A stretch of 64,000 nt of DNA from an uncultured Candidatus Saccharibacteria bacterium. Lineage in GTDB: Bacteria > Patescibacteriota > Minisyncoccia > Phycocordibacterales > UBA5272. The notes under the pieces are model-generated. The model searched no databases and was not told the origin of the DNA. It was given only the letters and a program-made list of their open reading frames with translations. The stretch lies in NCBI GenBank assembly GCA_964457775.1, contig CAYWEW010000002.1:44335-108334 (forward strand), in the 5' to 3' direction. Position 1 is the stretch's first letter. Every line of letters begins with the position of its first letter. This document shows positions 19,310 through 28,340 of this stretch, one piece after another. A program made the translations under genes and the position numbers.

Positions 19310-19341
19310 ATCGCTACCAAATAGGTAGCGATTTCTTTTTG
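19310..19341 (+). terminator. intrinsic terminator of the histidine phosphatase gene
   Basis: atcgctacc-aaat-aggtagcgat followed by ttctttttg. Confidence 0.6.
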
Positions 19342-19383
19342 TTGCAATGTTTATTTTTAAAATCTCTAATTTTTAATTACTAG

Positions 19384-19440
19384 AAATAAAAAAGCCACCA
19401 AGAAAATCATGTTCTCTGGTGGCAAACTTTACGTTTTATT
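19384..19440 (-). terminator. intrinsic terminator of the 75-aa Cys-rich gene
   Basis: Minus strand: gccaccagagaacatgattttcttggtggc followed by ttttttatttc. Confidence 0.5.
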
Positions 19441-19448
19441 AAAATTAT

Positions 19449-19676
19449 CTAAACCCTAGAAGGCAAATTACGGTGGACATTTCCCTTATTCCACCCAAGC
19501 ACAAAAGTTTTGTCAGAATCTACTGGTAAAACACCTCCTCGATAACCGACAGCATAACCAGAGTCAAACAAGTTCCGTTTTGTTTTTTCTTCATTACCAT
19601 CAGGTCTGGTTGGGCAACTTATATCATGCCCGGTGGGTAACCCACAATAATAACAAACATTGCGGTGCATCTTCAT
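19449..19676 (-). CDS. small Cys-rich (zinc-ribbon-like) protein, 75 aa
   Basis: CYYC...C...C arrangement near the N-terminus. Bracketed by terminators on both sides. Confidence 0.45.
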   Translation of the reverse strand: MKMHRNVCYYCGLPTGHDISCPTRPDGNEEKTKRNLFDSGYAVGYRGGVLPVDSDKTFVLGWNKGNVHRNLPSRV

Positions 19677-19761
19677 CTCCTAAGTTTGATTGTATAGTAC
19701 CACTCAAAAAATACACTACCATGTTTATATAAGATAGTCAATGAAGCGTTGATAAGCAACC

Positions 19762-19805
19762 CAAATACAAAAGCGCGTCTTACGACGCGCTTTTGTATTT
19801 GTATT
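19762..19805 (-). terminator. terminator hairpin downstream of gyrA and its 3'UTR element
   Basis: caaatacaaaagcgcgtc-ttac-gacgcgcttttgtatttg, an 18-bp stem with the same arm motif as 8862-8916. Confidence 0.55.
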
Positions 19806-19872
19806 AAGTTTTCGTATTTTCATTTTTACCACCAACCTCTGAACTTGAGAGTTAGAAAGTCAGAAATTATTC

Positions 19873-19973
19873 CAGATGCGAGGCGTTACAGATTTTTGCG
19901 ACCAAGATGTACGAAAAGTACATTGCGGAAGCAAAAATCTGTAGCAACAAAGCAGATGGGATGATTTATGACT
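19873..19973 (-). repeat. 3'UTR palindromic element, copy A
   Basis: Ends at the gyrA stop (19974-19976). Nested stems: acagatttttgc ... gcaaaaatctgt (12 bp) around atgtac-gaaaa-gtacat, plus imperfect outer inverted repeats aagtcagaaattattcc / ggatgatttatgacttt. Confidence 0.6.
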
Positions 19974-22457
19974 TTATAACAAATTGAAGGAAGCGAGTGT
20001 ATCCCCTTCACGAAGTTTCATAATACGTACACCTTGTGTATCACGTCCTAAAGTTGGAATAGAAGTTAATTCTGTACGAATCACTTGTGAATCCTTTGAG
20101 ACTGCGAGTAATTCCTCATTCTCTCCGGTAACTACACGCGCAATCATGAGTTTTCCAGTCTTTTCTGTTACCTTAACTGTCTTGATACCACTACCACCAC
20201 GCTTTTGTATCTTGTATTCAGAAAGTTTTGTCTTCTTTCCATAACCATTACCTGTCATAATCAAAAGCTCCGCGCCTTTTGTTCCACCAGGAATTTTGTC
20301 AGACGCAACGATCACATCACCTTTATCTAATTTCATTCCGATAACCCCTGCTGCTGTACGCCCCATTTCGCGAACATCAGTATGACTGAAGCGAATTGAC
20401 TGACCATTTTGTGTGGTAAGAATAACACTGTCTTCATCTTGAACGAAAAGTGTTGCGAGTAATTCATCTCCTTCTTCTAATTTGATTGCAATTAATCCGT
20501 TACGACGAACGTCCTTGAATGACTCTGCTGATGATTTCTTCACTGTGCCATTCTTTGTAATCATCATTAACGAAACCTTGTCATCACTCTTACTGTTCTT
20601 CATTTCTTTTTCCATCGGTAAGATCGATGTAACCTTTTCTCCGTCAGACAATTGAAGGAAATTCATAATACTCTTTCCACGTGTCGCACGCTTCCCTTCT
20701 GGTAAATCGTACATCTTAATCTGATACGCCTTTCCTTTATCAGTAAAGAAAAGTAAATCACTGTGAGTTGAAGTCGTAAGTGACATTGTTACAAAATCCT
20801 CTTCTTTGGTGTTCATATCAACAACACCAACACCACCACGTTTCTGTGTACGGAATTCATCTGGGTCAGTACGCTTAACATATCCACCAGATGTATATAC
20901 GAGTACTTCATCACGGTCAGCAATCAAATCCTCTGGATTAAATTCCTTGGCTTTATGCTTCACTATCTTTGTGCGACGTTCATCACCATACTTTGCTTTT
21001 ATATCTGTAAGCTCGTCTTTGATAATACTCATCATCTTCTTAACAGACGCAAGTATTGCTTGCAATTCTGCAATCAACTTTTGAACCGCTTTCAAATCAT
21101 CTTCAATCTTCTTTCTTTCAAGTCCAGCTAAACGTTGCAATTTCATTTCAAGAATCGCTGTTGCTTGTATATCTGAGAATTTAAATTTCTTCACGAGTTG
21201 GACGTGAGCATCCGGTGTGTCTTTTGAGGCACGAATAGTTTTGATGATTTCATCAATATGATCAAGTGCTTTTTTAAGTCCGAGCAAAATATGTTCCTTT
21301 TCAAGAGCGCGCTTGAGATCAAACTCTGTACGACGACGAACGACTTCCTTTCTGTGTCCGATAAATGATTCGAGAGCACCTTTAAGAGCAAGAGTTTGTG
21401 GTACACCATCAACAAGAGCGACCACATTGTAGTGGAACATACTCTCTAGTTCAGTGTGCTTATATAAATAGTTGAGAATTTTTTGTGGGTGACTTCCTGA
21501 TTTCAAATCAATCACAACACGAATATCTTTTGTAGATTCATCACGAAGACCTTTTATACCTTCAATCTTTTTCTCTCTCACTAGGTCAGCAATATTTTCA
21601 ATCAAATTACTCTTAAGAACTCTAAAAGGAATTGAAGTAATAATAATTTGGAACTGTCCGTTCTTTGTTTCAAAAATTTCTGCCTCCCCTCTTACTGTTA
21701 CTCCACCGCGACCTGTTGCATACGCTGCACGTATATCTGATTGGCCAAATGCGATACCTCCAAGTGGAAAGTCTGGTCCTTTTACGAATTCACAAAGGTC
21801 CTCAGTTGTTGCTTGAGGATTATCAATCAAGTGAGTTGTCGCATCAATAACTTCTGTTAGATTGTGTGGTGGGATGTTAGTCGCCATACCTACCGCAATA
21901 CCAAGAGTTCCATTTAGTAGTAGGTTAGGAACAGCGGTTGGAAGAACGCGAGGTTCTTTTTTACTTCCATCATAATTCGGCTCCATTTGAACAGTATCCT
22001 TTTCAATATCACGAAGCATTTCCATAGACACCTTAGACATCTTGGCTTCTGTATAACGATATGCCGCTGCACCGTCACCATCGATTGAACCAAAGTTTCC
22101 TTGACCCATTACAAGTGGATATCGATATGAAAAGTCTTGAGCAGACTTCACCATCGCATCATACACTGATGCATCACCATGTGGGTGATAGTTACCGAGC
22201 ACATCTCCAACAATAGTCGCCGACTTTCGGAACTTAGCTCCAGGAGTAAGTCCCATATTATTCATCGCAAAAAGTATACGACGATGCACTGGCTTAAGAC
22301 CATCACGCGCATCAGGTAGAGCGCGGGATGTAATAACTGACATCGCATAATCAAGATATGCTTCACGCATTTCTTGTGCAATATTAACTGGATGAAGTCC
22401 TACGTGAATTGGTTTCGGTGCGATTGGTTCTTCAGGTGTTGTTGTCTTTTTTGCCAT
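19974..22457 (-). CDS. gyrA: DNA gyrase subunit A
   Basis: [10 protein letters not shown]...; active-site region [40 protein letters not shown]. 827 aa with C-terminal beta-pinwheel repeats. Confidence 0.95.
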   Translation of the reverse strand: MAKKTTTPEEPIAPKPIHVGLHPVNIAQEMREAYLDYAMSVITSRALPDARDGLKPVHRRILFAMNNMGLTPGAKFRKSATIVGDVLGNYHPHGDASVYDAMVKSAQDFSYRYPLVMGQGNFGSIDGDGAAAYRYTEAKMSKVSMEMLRDIEKDTVQMEPNYDGSKKEPRVLPTAVPNLLLNGTLGIAVGMATNIPPHNLTEVIDATTHLIDNPQATTEDLCEFVKGPDFPLGGIAFGQSDIRAAYATGRGGVTVRGEAEIFETKNGQFQIIITSIPFRVLKSNLIENIADLVREKKIEGIKGLRDESTKDIRVVIDLKSGSHPQKILNYLYKHTELESMFHYNVVALVDGVPQTLALKGALESFIGHRKEVVRRRTEFDLKRALEKEHILLGLKKALDHIDEIIKTIRASKDTPDAHVQLVKKFKFSDIQATAILEMKLQRLAGLERKKIEDDLKAVQKLIAELQAILASVKKMMSIIKDELTDIKAKYGDERRTKIVKHKAKEFNPEDLIADRDEVLVYTSGGYVKRTDPDEFRTQKRGGVGVVDMNTKEEDFVTMSLTTSTHSDLLFFTDKGKAYQIKMYDLPEGKRATRGKSIMNFLQLSDGEKVTSILPMEKEMKNSKSDDKVSLMMITKNGTVKKSSAESFKDVRRNGLIAIKLEEGDELLATLFVQDEDSVILTTQNGQSIRFSHTDVREMGRTAAGVIGMKLDKGDVIVASDKIPGGTKGAELLIMTGNGYGKKTKLSEYKIQKRGGSGIKTVKVTEKTGKLMIARVVTGENEELLAVSKDSQVIRTELTSIPTLGRDTQGVRIMKLREGDTLASFNLL

Positions 22458-22515
22458 AAATTAACGAGTTTTAAGTTGTATTAGTATAGCATTAAACGCA
22501 TCCTTTAGCCAGTAG

Positions 22516-22854
22516 CTATTGGTTGTCATTTGTGTATGTTTCTTCCCCTTTTAACAATTCTTTTCTAGAAGTATTAATATTGTTTAATTGAACTTTGGCT
22601 TCACCTATAAACCTTGAAAACATCTCACTTGGGGATTCTGGAGTTGCTGTAGCTGTAGTGCTAATAATCAATTCTTCACTCATATATTTTTCATGCCAAA
22701 ATCCATAATCAACGTATAGAATAACAGCTGCAATCATTGTCGTAATGATTCCGGCAATGATAGCAGAATACACACGTTGCATATGATTTGACTGACGTCG
22801 AAGAAATAACAGCCAATGATGTGGGTGAAGATATTTTTTTAGAATCTTTTTCAT
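22516..22854 (-). CDS. membrane-anchored hypothetical protein (112 aa)
   Basis: Single TM helix (IIAGIITTMIAAVILYV). ORF track only. Confidence 0.4.
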   Translation of the reverse strand: MKKILKKYLHPHHWLLFLRRQSNHMQRVYSAIIAGIITTMIAAVILYVDYGFWHEKYMSEELIISTTATATPESPSEMFSRFIGEAKVQLNNINTSRKELLKGEETYTNDNQ

Positions 22855-22982
22855 AAAGATTATTATACAGCTAATAGCTTATAGTCGATAGCTGATGGCA
22901 AAATACATACGGATGCAAAGTATTCAGTTATTTGTATGTATTCGCATCTCTGTTGTTCAGAGATTATCCATTAGCTTACCAC

Positions 22983-23109
22983 TCTAAACAAAAAATTTGC
23001 TTTAGATACGAGGCGTGGCTGATTTTTGAGACCAAAATGTACGAGTAGTACTTTGCGGAAGCAAAAATCTGCCACAACAAAGTAGATGAAGCAAATTTTT
23101 TGTTTAGAG
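22983..23109 (-). repeat. 3'UTR palindromic element, copy B
   Basis: Perfect 19-bp outer inverted repeat ctctaaacaaaaaatttgc ... gcaaattttttgtttagag that includes the stop codon (23104-23106) of the MBL-fold gene. The core is about 80% identical to copy A (gatacgaggcgtggctgatttttgagaccaaaatgtacgagtagtactttgcggaagcaaaaatctgccacaacaaagtagatg). Confidence 0.6.
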
Positions 23110-23739
23110 TTCGTGGAAGAGGACCACCTCGCCTAACTTCCCGTCGATATCTTTCTTCTTAATCGTAAGCTTCTCCACCGGCTCTATCTTCTCTGCCCCT
23201 GCTTCCTTCAAAAATACTGGAAGTGATTGCTCATCATAATCCATCGGAATAACTAGCTTCGGCTCAAGTGATACGGCGAGCTTATGTGCGTCGTATGGAT
23301 TAAGTAAGAAACCATCTTTTCCAACTGGAATAAACAGTACATCTGTTTCATCAATAATTTCTTTATGCTCTGGAGAAAGTGCTGTTGCGAGCGCTCCCAA
23401 AAATGTAATACGAATATTATCTACAGTTAGAACATAACTTGTATTTTGATATTCTTTTTCTTTCTTTCCTTCTGATAATTTTGTTACAGTTCCGAATCCT
23501 TTTATAAAAATATCTTTCACTTCATATTCACCTGGACCACGAACAACGAAAGGAACTTTTTCTCCATGTTCAGTTTGCTCAGCTCCATTATAGTCTGAAT
23601 GATTCGCTGTAATAAGGGTTATATCTGCACCATATTTTGCAACTTTTCCTTTTCCTTCTTTTGAAACTGGATTAACTGCGATAGTTAAATCCCCTACTTG
23701 TAATTTAAAATGTTGACGTCCAAAGTGAGTAATAATCAT
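23104..23739 (-). CDS. MBL-fold metallo-hydrolase
   Basis: N-terminus MIITHFGRQHFKLQVGDLTIAVNP (typical of MBL-fold hydrolases) and a His/Asp-rich metal-binding region (ITANHSDY). Start chosen at the internal Met. The ORF track starts at 23787. Confidence 0.6.
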   Translation of the reverse strand: MIITHFGRQHFKLQVGDLTIAVNPVSKEGKGKVAKYGADITLITANHSDYNGAEQTEHGEKVPFVVRGPGEYEVKDIFIKGFGTVTKLSEGKKEKEYQNTSYVLTVDNIRITFLGALATALSPEHKEIIDETDVLFIPVGKDGFLLNPYDAHKLAVSLEPKLVIPMDYDEQSLPVFLKEAGAEKIEPVEKLTIKKKDIDGKLGEVVLFHEL

Positions 23740-23790
23740 AATAGTATGTATATTAACATGAGGGCGTGCTTTTTTAAAAATATACAAAAC

Positions 23791-23815
23791 AAAAAGGCGA
23801 CCAACGGTCGCCTTT
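23791..23815 (-). terminator. terminator downstream of the 141-aa gene
   Basis: aaaaggcgacc-aac-ggtcgcctttt, with flanking A/T runs on both strands. Confidence 0.55.
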
Positions 23816-23831
23816 TAGAACTTGAACCAAA

Positions 23832-24257
23832 TTAACACGTCAGTCCACCATCTTCTTTATCTTTAGGTGCGAGGTTTAATCTGATTTTTCGAAATACACC
23901 CTTAACAGCACAATCAATGTTATTTTCTGCAGAAATTCCGACATAATCCAAATTCTCTGGTTGAAATGACACACCCCAAGATGCGTACTTAACACCATTC
24001 ATTTTCAGAGCTTGTCCAACATACGGAATGAAATCAACATACTTGTCACCCTCTGTTCTACCGAAACAAGTGATCATTACCACCGCTCGCGAACCATTTG
24101 GATGTTCAATAACCAAGTCAAGATGCTCACCCTCACATGTTTCACCATGAAGACCAGGACGGTGAAGAGATACTTTCATTCCATTTTTGAGCGTAAAACC
24201 AACTTCCTGATATTTAGGACCATTTTCAGAATTAGACATAATTATTGATACCTCCAA
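23832..24257 (-). CDS. hypothetical protein (141 aa)
   Basis: ORF track only. Cys-containing, no recognised family. Confidence 0.4.
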   Translation of the reverse strand: MEVSIIMSNSENGPKYQEVGFTLKNGMKVSLHRPGLHGETCEGEHLDLVIEHPNGSRAVVMITCFGRTEGDKYVDFIPYVGQALKMNGVKYASWGVSFQPENLDYVGISAENNIDCAVKGVFRKIRLNLAPKDKEDGGLTC

Positions 24258-24376
24258 ATATTAAAATGCAAAGATTTTCAAGAAAATTTGTTTTCTTGAA
24301 CCCAACGTAACACTACTCTTTGATGTCAAAAATGTCAATAATCCCCTTTATTTACAATATTATTTACAAAAATACT

Positions 24377-24405
24377 TGACAAAAGTTCCAAATAGTGTAT
24401 AATGT
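24377..24405 (+). promoter_or_regulatory. consensus sigma70-type promoter (TTGACA-16-TATAAT)
   Basis: ttgacaaaagttccaaatagtgtataat, followed about 35 nt later by AAGGAGG and an ATG (24455). Confidence 0.55.
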
Positions 24406-24454
24406 ACTTAATAGTTCTATAAGTTAAATCGAATTTACCAAGGAGGAAATACAG

Positions 24455-24961
24455 ATGTGCGTTCTCATCGTTGAAGGTCGTCCCGTTCTCGTCGCCTACA
24501 CCGGCGGAGAGTTCGATGGATACACCCACACCCCCTTTTCTGCTCCCAGCCCCAAAAAGACAAAGGATCAAGAAAAGGTAACAACGGCGGTCAATATTCA
24601 AAAAGTTTTGAAAAAGGCCGTGAAAGACCTCGACATCATCCCGATGAACGGATCGGTAAAGCGTTCCAAAACCGCCATCAACGAAGATCAGAAGTTTGAC
24701 AGAAGGGAAAGGAATCGTGCCCGACGCAAGATCGTAATCGGTAAACGCACTGCATGCCAGGTTACGAAATACAACCTGGAAAAAGGCGCAGTGGTGACAA
24801 CTACCGAAATGCTTCCAGATGATTCTTATCTGGTTACAGTCAGCCACAGGTCGGCCGGTCTTCACGGGGGCAAGCCTCGCTACAAGGACCACCGGCTCGA
24901 CGCCATCGGCAAAGCTGGTGAACTGCGAGCAAAGCACAAGCGCCCCGTAATCCACCTCTGA
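24455..24961 (+). CDS. basic 168-aa protein of unknown function inside a GC-rich (about 52%) island
   Basis: Perfect SD AAGGAGG 8 nt upstream of the ATG. GC3-rich codons (GGC, CGC, CTC, GTC, ACC) unlike every other gene in the window. Lys/Arg-rich (RRERNRARRKIVIGKR). Preferred over the antisense 212-aa ORF (24335..24973) because of the promoter, SD and downstream terminator. Confidence 0.5.
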   Translation: MCVLIVEGRPVLVAYTGGEFDGYTHTPFSAPSPKKTKDQEKVTTAVNIQKVLKKAVKDLDIIPMNGSVKRSKTAINEDQKFDRRERNRARRKIVIGKRTACQVTKYNLEKGAVVTTTEMLPDDSYLVTVSHRSAGLHGGKPRYKDHRLDAIGKAGELRAKHKRPVIHL

Positions 24962-25130
24962 ACTCAACTTCACAACAACCCCGGCCTCGTTAAGGAGACG
25001 ACATGACTTGGTATCGAATTATCTGCCGGACATACAATCCGGCACAAGGGTAGCGGTCTAGGCAACCGACGCGATTAGAGCTCTTGTCCGCCCATTAATG
25101 GGACAGGTCAAAAAAAGACCAATCTAATCA

Positions 25131-25174
25131 CACCACCAGAACGATGGGAATCGTACTGGTGGTTTTTGTTTTAT
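25131..25174 (+). terminator. intrinsic terminator closing the GC-rich island
   Basis: caccaccag-aacgatgggaatcgta-ctggtggt followed by ttttgttttatt. Confidence 0.6.
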
Positions 25175-25328
25175 TATCCTTGCTTATTGATTATTTTTAT
25201 TGTAGTATTACAACTATTCTATTAAGAGAAAACCGTTCTAGCGTAATCCCCGATTTATGTGAAGCAATCAATAAAACGGAGCCTAGACCGACGTGGAATT
25301 CCCACTTCGTGTGGGAAATTTATATTTT

Positions 25329-26417
25329 ATGACAACAATTACAGAAAAGGGAGAACAAATAATTGCACCATACGCAGTAGATGCAGTATTTTTTAAAGAA
25401 GAAGACATCGTAGAAGGTGTTGTAATCGCAATCGAAAAGGCAGCATTATATGTTGACCTAGGCATCGCAGGAACAGGTATCATTTATGGTATCGAGTTCA
25501 TGAATGCTCGCGATGTTATTAAGCGTATTAATATTGGAGATGCTATTTCTGCAAAAATAGTACTTCGTGAAAACAAAGAAGGTTATGTAGAACTTTCACT
25601 TAAGGAGGCTCGTCAGGCTCTTATGTGGAATGATGCGGAACAAGCTATTAAAGAAAAGCGTGTTATGGATCTCGTTGTTAAGGACGCCAACAAAGGTGGT
25701 CTTATCATCGAATGGCAAGGTATGGCTGGTTTCCTTCCTGCATCACAATTGAAGGAAGAAAACTATCCTCGTATTGAAGATGGAGACAAGGATAAGATTC
25801 TACGCGAACTTAAGAAACTTATCGGTAAGCGTATTTCATTGAGTATTATTTCTGCAATTCCAAAGGAAGGAAAACTTATTTTCTCTGAAAAAGATGGTGG
25901 AACAAAGGAATCAAAAGAAATAGCTTCAGGTAATCATTTAGTTGGTGACGAAGTTGAAGGTACTGTTACAGGTGTAGTTGAATTCGGTATCTTTATCAAA
26001 CTAGAAGACGGCGTTGAAGGTCTAGTTCACAAGAGTGAAATTGACTGGGGACTAGTAGAAGACACAAAGGCATATGCTCGTGTCGGAGAAAAAGTTCGTG
26101 CGAAGATTATTGAAATCAAGGATGGGAAGATTTCACTTTCACTTAAGGCACTTAAGGCTAATCCATGGAAGGAAGCTTCAAAGAAGTATAAGAAAGGAGA
26201 TGAAGTAGAAGGTGTTGTGATTAAATTCAACAAGCACGGAGCACTCGTATCTATCGAGGAAGGTGTTGCGGGACTCGTTCATGTATCTGATTTCGGAGAT
26301 GAATTAAAGCTGAGAACAGCCCTTTCACTTGGAAAGAGCTACAAGTTCACTATCACACTATTTGATGCAAATGATGAAAGAATGACACTTGCATATGGGG
26401 ATATGGCGAAAGCATAA
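25329..26417 (+). CDS. rpsA: 30S ribosomal protein S1 (four S1 domains)
   Basis: Repeated S1 domains (GxV.G.V.....G.F). Start at MTTITEKGEQ; the ORF track begins 36 nt earlier at an upstream in-frame ATG. Confidence 0.85.
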   Translation: MTTITEKGEQIIAPYAVDAVFFKEEDIVEGVVIAIEKAALYVDLGIAGTGIIYGIEFMNARDVIKRINIGDAISAKIVLRENKEGYVELSLKEARQALMWNDAEQAIKEKRVMDLVVKDANKGGLIIEWQGMAGFLPASQLKEENYPRIEDGDKDKILRELKKLIGKRISLSIISAIPKEGKLIFSEKDGGTKESKEIASGNHLVGDEVEGTVTGVVEFGIFIKLEDGVEGLVHKSEIDWGLVEDTKAYARVGEKVRAKIIEIKDGKISLSLKALKANPWKEASKKYKKGDEVEGVVIKFNKHGALVSIEEGVAGLVHVSDFGDELKLRTALSLGKSYKFTITLFDANDERMTLAYGDMAKA

Positions 26418-26448
26418 TTACTACTATTAGCTGGTAGAAATATATATA

Positions 26449-26488
26449 AAGAAAAGCGACACCATTGGTGTCGCTTTTCTTTGTTATG
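26449..26488 (+). terminator. rpsA terminator
   Basis: aaagaaaagcgacacc-attg-gtgtcgcttttctttg. Confidence 0.6.
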
Positions 26489-26513
26489 TAAACACGTTAC
26501 AATTAAATTATAT

Positions 26514-26975
26514 ATGATTTTCAATCACGAACTAGAAACAGGAGAAATTACTCAAGCAATGGAAAATGAAGGTTATAGCAGTCTTGAACCCGCAATTTCT
26601 CCAGAAAAATTAAAAAATCTTTGTGAAAATGACCCTATCTTAATTCAGTGCTATGAAAGTATGATTTCATATTGTAATCGATATGCTCATGATGTTTTCA
26701 ATATGATGTATGAACAAAAAATCATTGAGGAAATGAATAAAAATAAAGAAGATACAACGGAAGCATACGAAGAATTAAAAGTCATTGACAGAAATCGCCA
26801 TAACTTACACGAGGCACTTATGGACTCTATAAATTTACTTTCACGTGAACTTGCTAAAAGAGAAATAGATAATACGTGGATGCATGAAGTGGTGTCTGGA
26901 GGACGGGCAACTTACGGAATATTTGCATTATTGACATTCTACAAGCTGTATGGTAAAGTGGATAAATCTTCATAA
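26514..26975 (+). CDS. hypothetical protein (about 153 aa)
   Basis: ORF track 26481..26975, trimmed to the first ATG after the rpsA terminator (MIFNHELETG...). No recognised domain. Confidence 0.4.
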   Translation: MIFNHELETGEITQAMENEGYSSLEPAISPEKLKNLCENDPILIQCYESMISYCNRYAHDVFNMMYEQKIIEEMNKNKEDTTEAYEELKVIDRNRHNLHEALMDSINLLSRELAKREIDNTWMHEVVSGGRATYGIFALLTFYKLYGKVDKSS

Positions 26976-26993
26976 CTTTTATAATTAATCATC

Positions 26994-27167
26994 ATGAAAC
27001 AAATGGAGAACAAAGATCTGCTCATTCTGGAGTATGCGAAGCTTGCAACTCAAAAAGATAGCCATGAAACCATAAGCCGTATGTCGGAAATTATCGACAA
27101 ATTGCAGATGACTGACGCAAGAATTATGGAAGAAGCGACCCGCCTTGCGGTTGCAACTTTCAAATAA
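26994..27167 (+). CDS. small hypothetical protein (57 aa)
   Basis: MKQMENKDLLILEYAKLATQKDSHETISRMSEIIDKLQMTDARIMEEATRLAVATFK, followed directly by a strong terminator. Preferred over the antisense 64-aa track ORF 26985..27179. Confidence 0.4.
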   Translation: MKQMENKDLLILEYAKLATQKDSHETISRMSEIIDKLQMTDARIMEEATRLAVATFK

Positions 27168-27212
27168 CCTCACGACCAAACGTATAGATATACGTGGTCG
27201 TGAGGATTTTTT
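27168..27212. terminator. bidirectional intrinsic terminator
   Basis: cctcacgacc-aaacgtatagatatacgt-ggtcgtgagg followed by attttttattttat. It lies 3' of both the small plus-strand gene and the minus-strand 361-aa gene. Confidence 0.65.
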
Positions 27213-27223
27213 ATTTTATATAA

Positions 27224-28309
27224 CTATTTTAAATCAAAAGACTTTTGCAGGGTATTCATAAAATCTTGTAATTGCCTTTTTGCTTCTCTGTCTTGATTAC
27301 ATGTCTGTATAGCTCTCTTCATTCTCATTTGATATTGATCACTGGAAAATGTTTCTTCCCAAGCCTTGCACGCTGCTCGATATGAAGCAAAGAAAAGATT
27401 AGTTCCTAACCCTCTTAATCGAGAACTATTGGCTACTTTCTCTACATAATCATTAAGCATAACGACTGAGAGTGGAACTTCTGCCTGTAATATTGAAGCC
27501 AATATATCCACCGCCTTATTATGTAGAACTTCATCATTACTTGTTGAAAATACTTTATTTATAAATAATGTATCAATACTTGCTACAATTTGTGGACCAC
27601 TTGCTACGAAATGTGGCAGATCTGGATTATCTCCATGTTTTGGGTTCTTGTAATATTTTAGTAACATTAACTCTTCTGCTCTTCTAAATTTTGATTCTGA
27701 AAATCTATTACGTTCTCTTGTGAGACCCCCACTCTGTAACCATGCAGAAAGTTCAACTGCTTCATTATCAGATAAATTAGCAAGAAGGTTGATGTGTTTT
27801 TTTACTCGATCTAGTTTCTTTTCAAAACCAACTTTATCATTTTCTGTAGTTTTAAAATATTCATTACTATTAGTGTGTATATTTTTTTGATTAATCGTAA
27901 CATCCACCGCCGAAATAATTGGATCACGAACTTGTTGGGCTCTACTTTCTATTATCAAATCAGCACCATGATAATAATCATCATACAAACTTGTCCCACG
28001 TGCTGTAATATTATTACCTAATGCCCCTTTCTCAATACAAGTAAAAACAAGAGCTTCTGCATCAAAACCAAGACCTTCTTTACCACCATCTTTATTTTCA
28101 TAAGTTTGATGAAGGGCCTTAACTCGTTCCATATCTTTCACATACTCTGAATACAACCCGCTAAATGATTCATCAGCAACTATGCGATTTCGTTCGTAAT
28201 TTTCTCGCACTACTTCTGGGGTGTAATGACTCATTCCTTCAAGTTGTGATTGTTGTGGTTGTTTTTCTTGCATGAATTTAAAATATTTATAGTATACCCA
28301 ACTCTCCAC
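27224..28309 (-). CDS. hypothetical protein (361 aa)
   Basis: ORF track only. Soluble, no recognised motif. Confidence 0.45.
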   Translation of the reverse strand: MESWVYYKYFKFMQEKQPQQSQLEGMSHYTPEVVRENYERNRIVADESFSGLYSEYVKDMERVKALHQTYENKDGGKEGLGFDAEALVFTCIEKGALGNNITARGTSLYDDYYHGADLIIESRAQQVRDPIISAVDVTINQKNIHTNSNEYFKTTENDKVGFEKKLDRVKKHINLLANLSDNEAVELSAWLQSGGLTRERNRFSESKFRRAEELMLLKYYKNPKHGDNPDLPHFVASGPQIVASIDTLFINKVFSTSNDEVLHNKAVDILASILQAEVPLSVVMLNDYVEKVANSSRLRGLGTNLFFASYRAACKAWEETFSSDQYQMRMKRAIQTCNQDREAKRQLQDFMNTLQKSFDLK

Positions 28310-28340
28310 CTTTTGTCTTTTGACTAATGAATGATGGCTA

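Noticed and set aside
24335-24973. 212-aa ORF on the minus strand covering the whole GC-rich island
   Set aside because: Long ORFs arise by chance on both strands of GC-rich DNA. The plus-strand ORF has a consensus promoter, a perfect SD at the ideal distance and a downstream terminator, whereas the minus-strand ORF has none. Kept as the alternative if the plus-strand features prove spurious.
24455-25180. Possibility that the GC-rich island is RNase P RNA, tmRNA, SRP RNA or 6S RNA
   Set aside because: I could not find the RNase P P4 strands (AGGAAAGTCCGGGC / ACAGAAnCCGGCTTA), a tmRNA tRNA-like 3' end (GGTTCGAnTCC...CCA) with an ANDENYALAA-type tag frame, or the SRP domain IV motif (GGTCCGGAAGGAAGCAGC). 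Only an Rfam scan can settle this.
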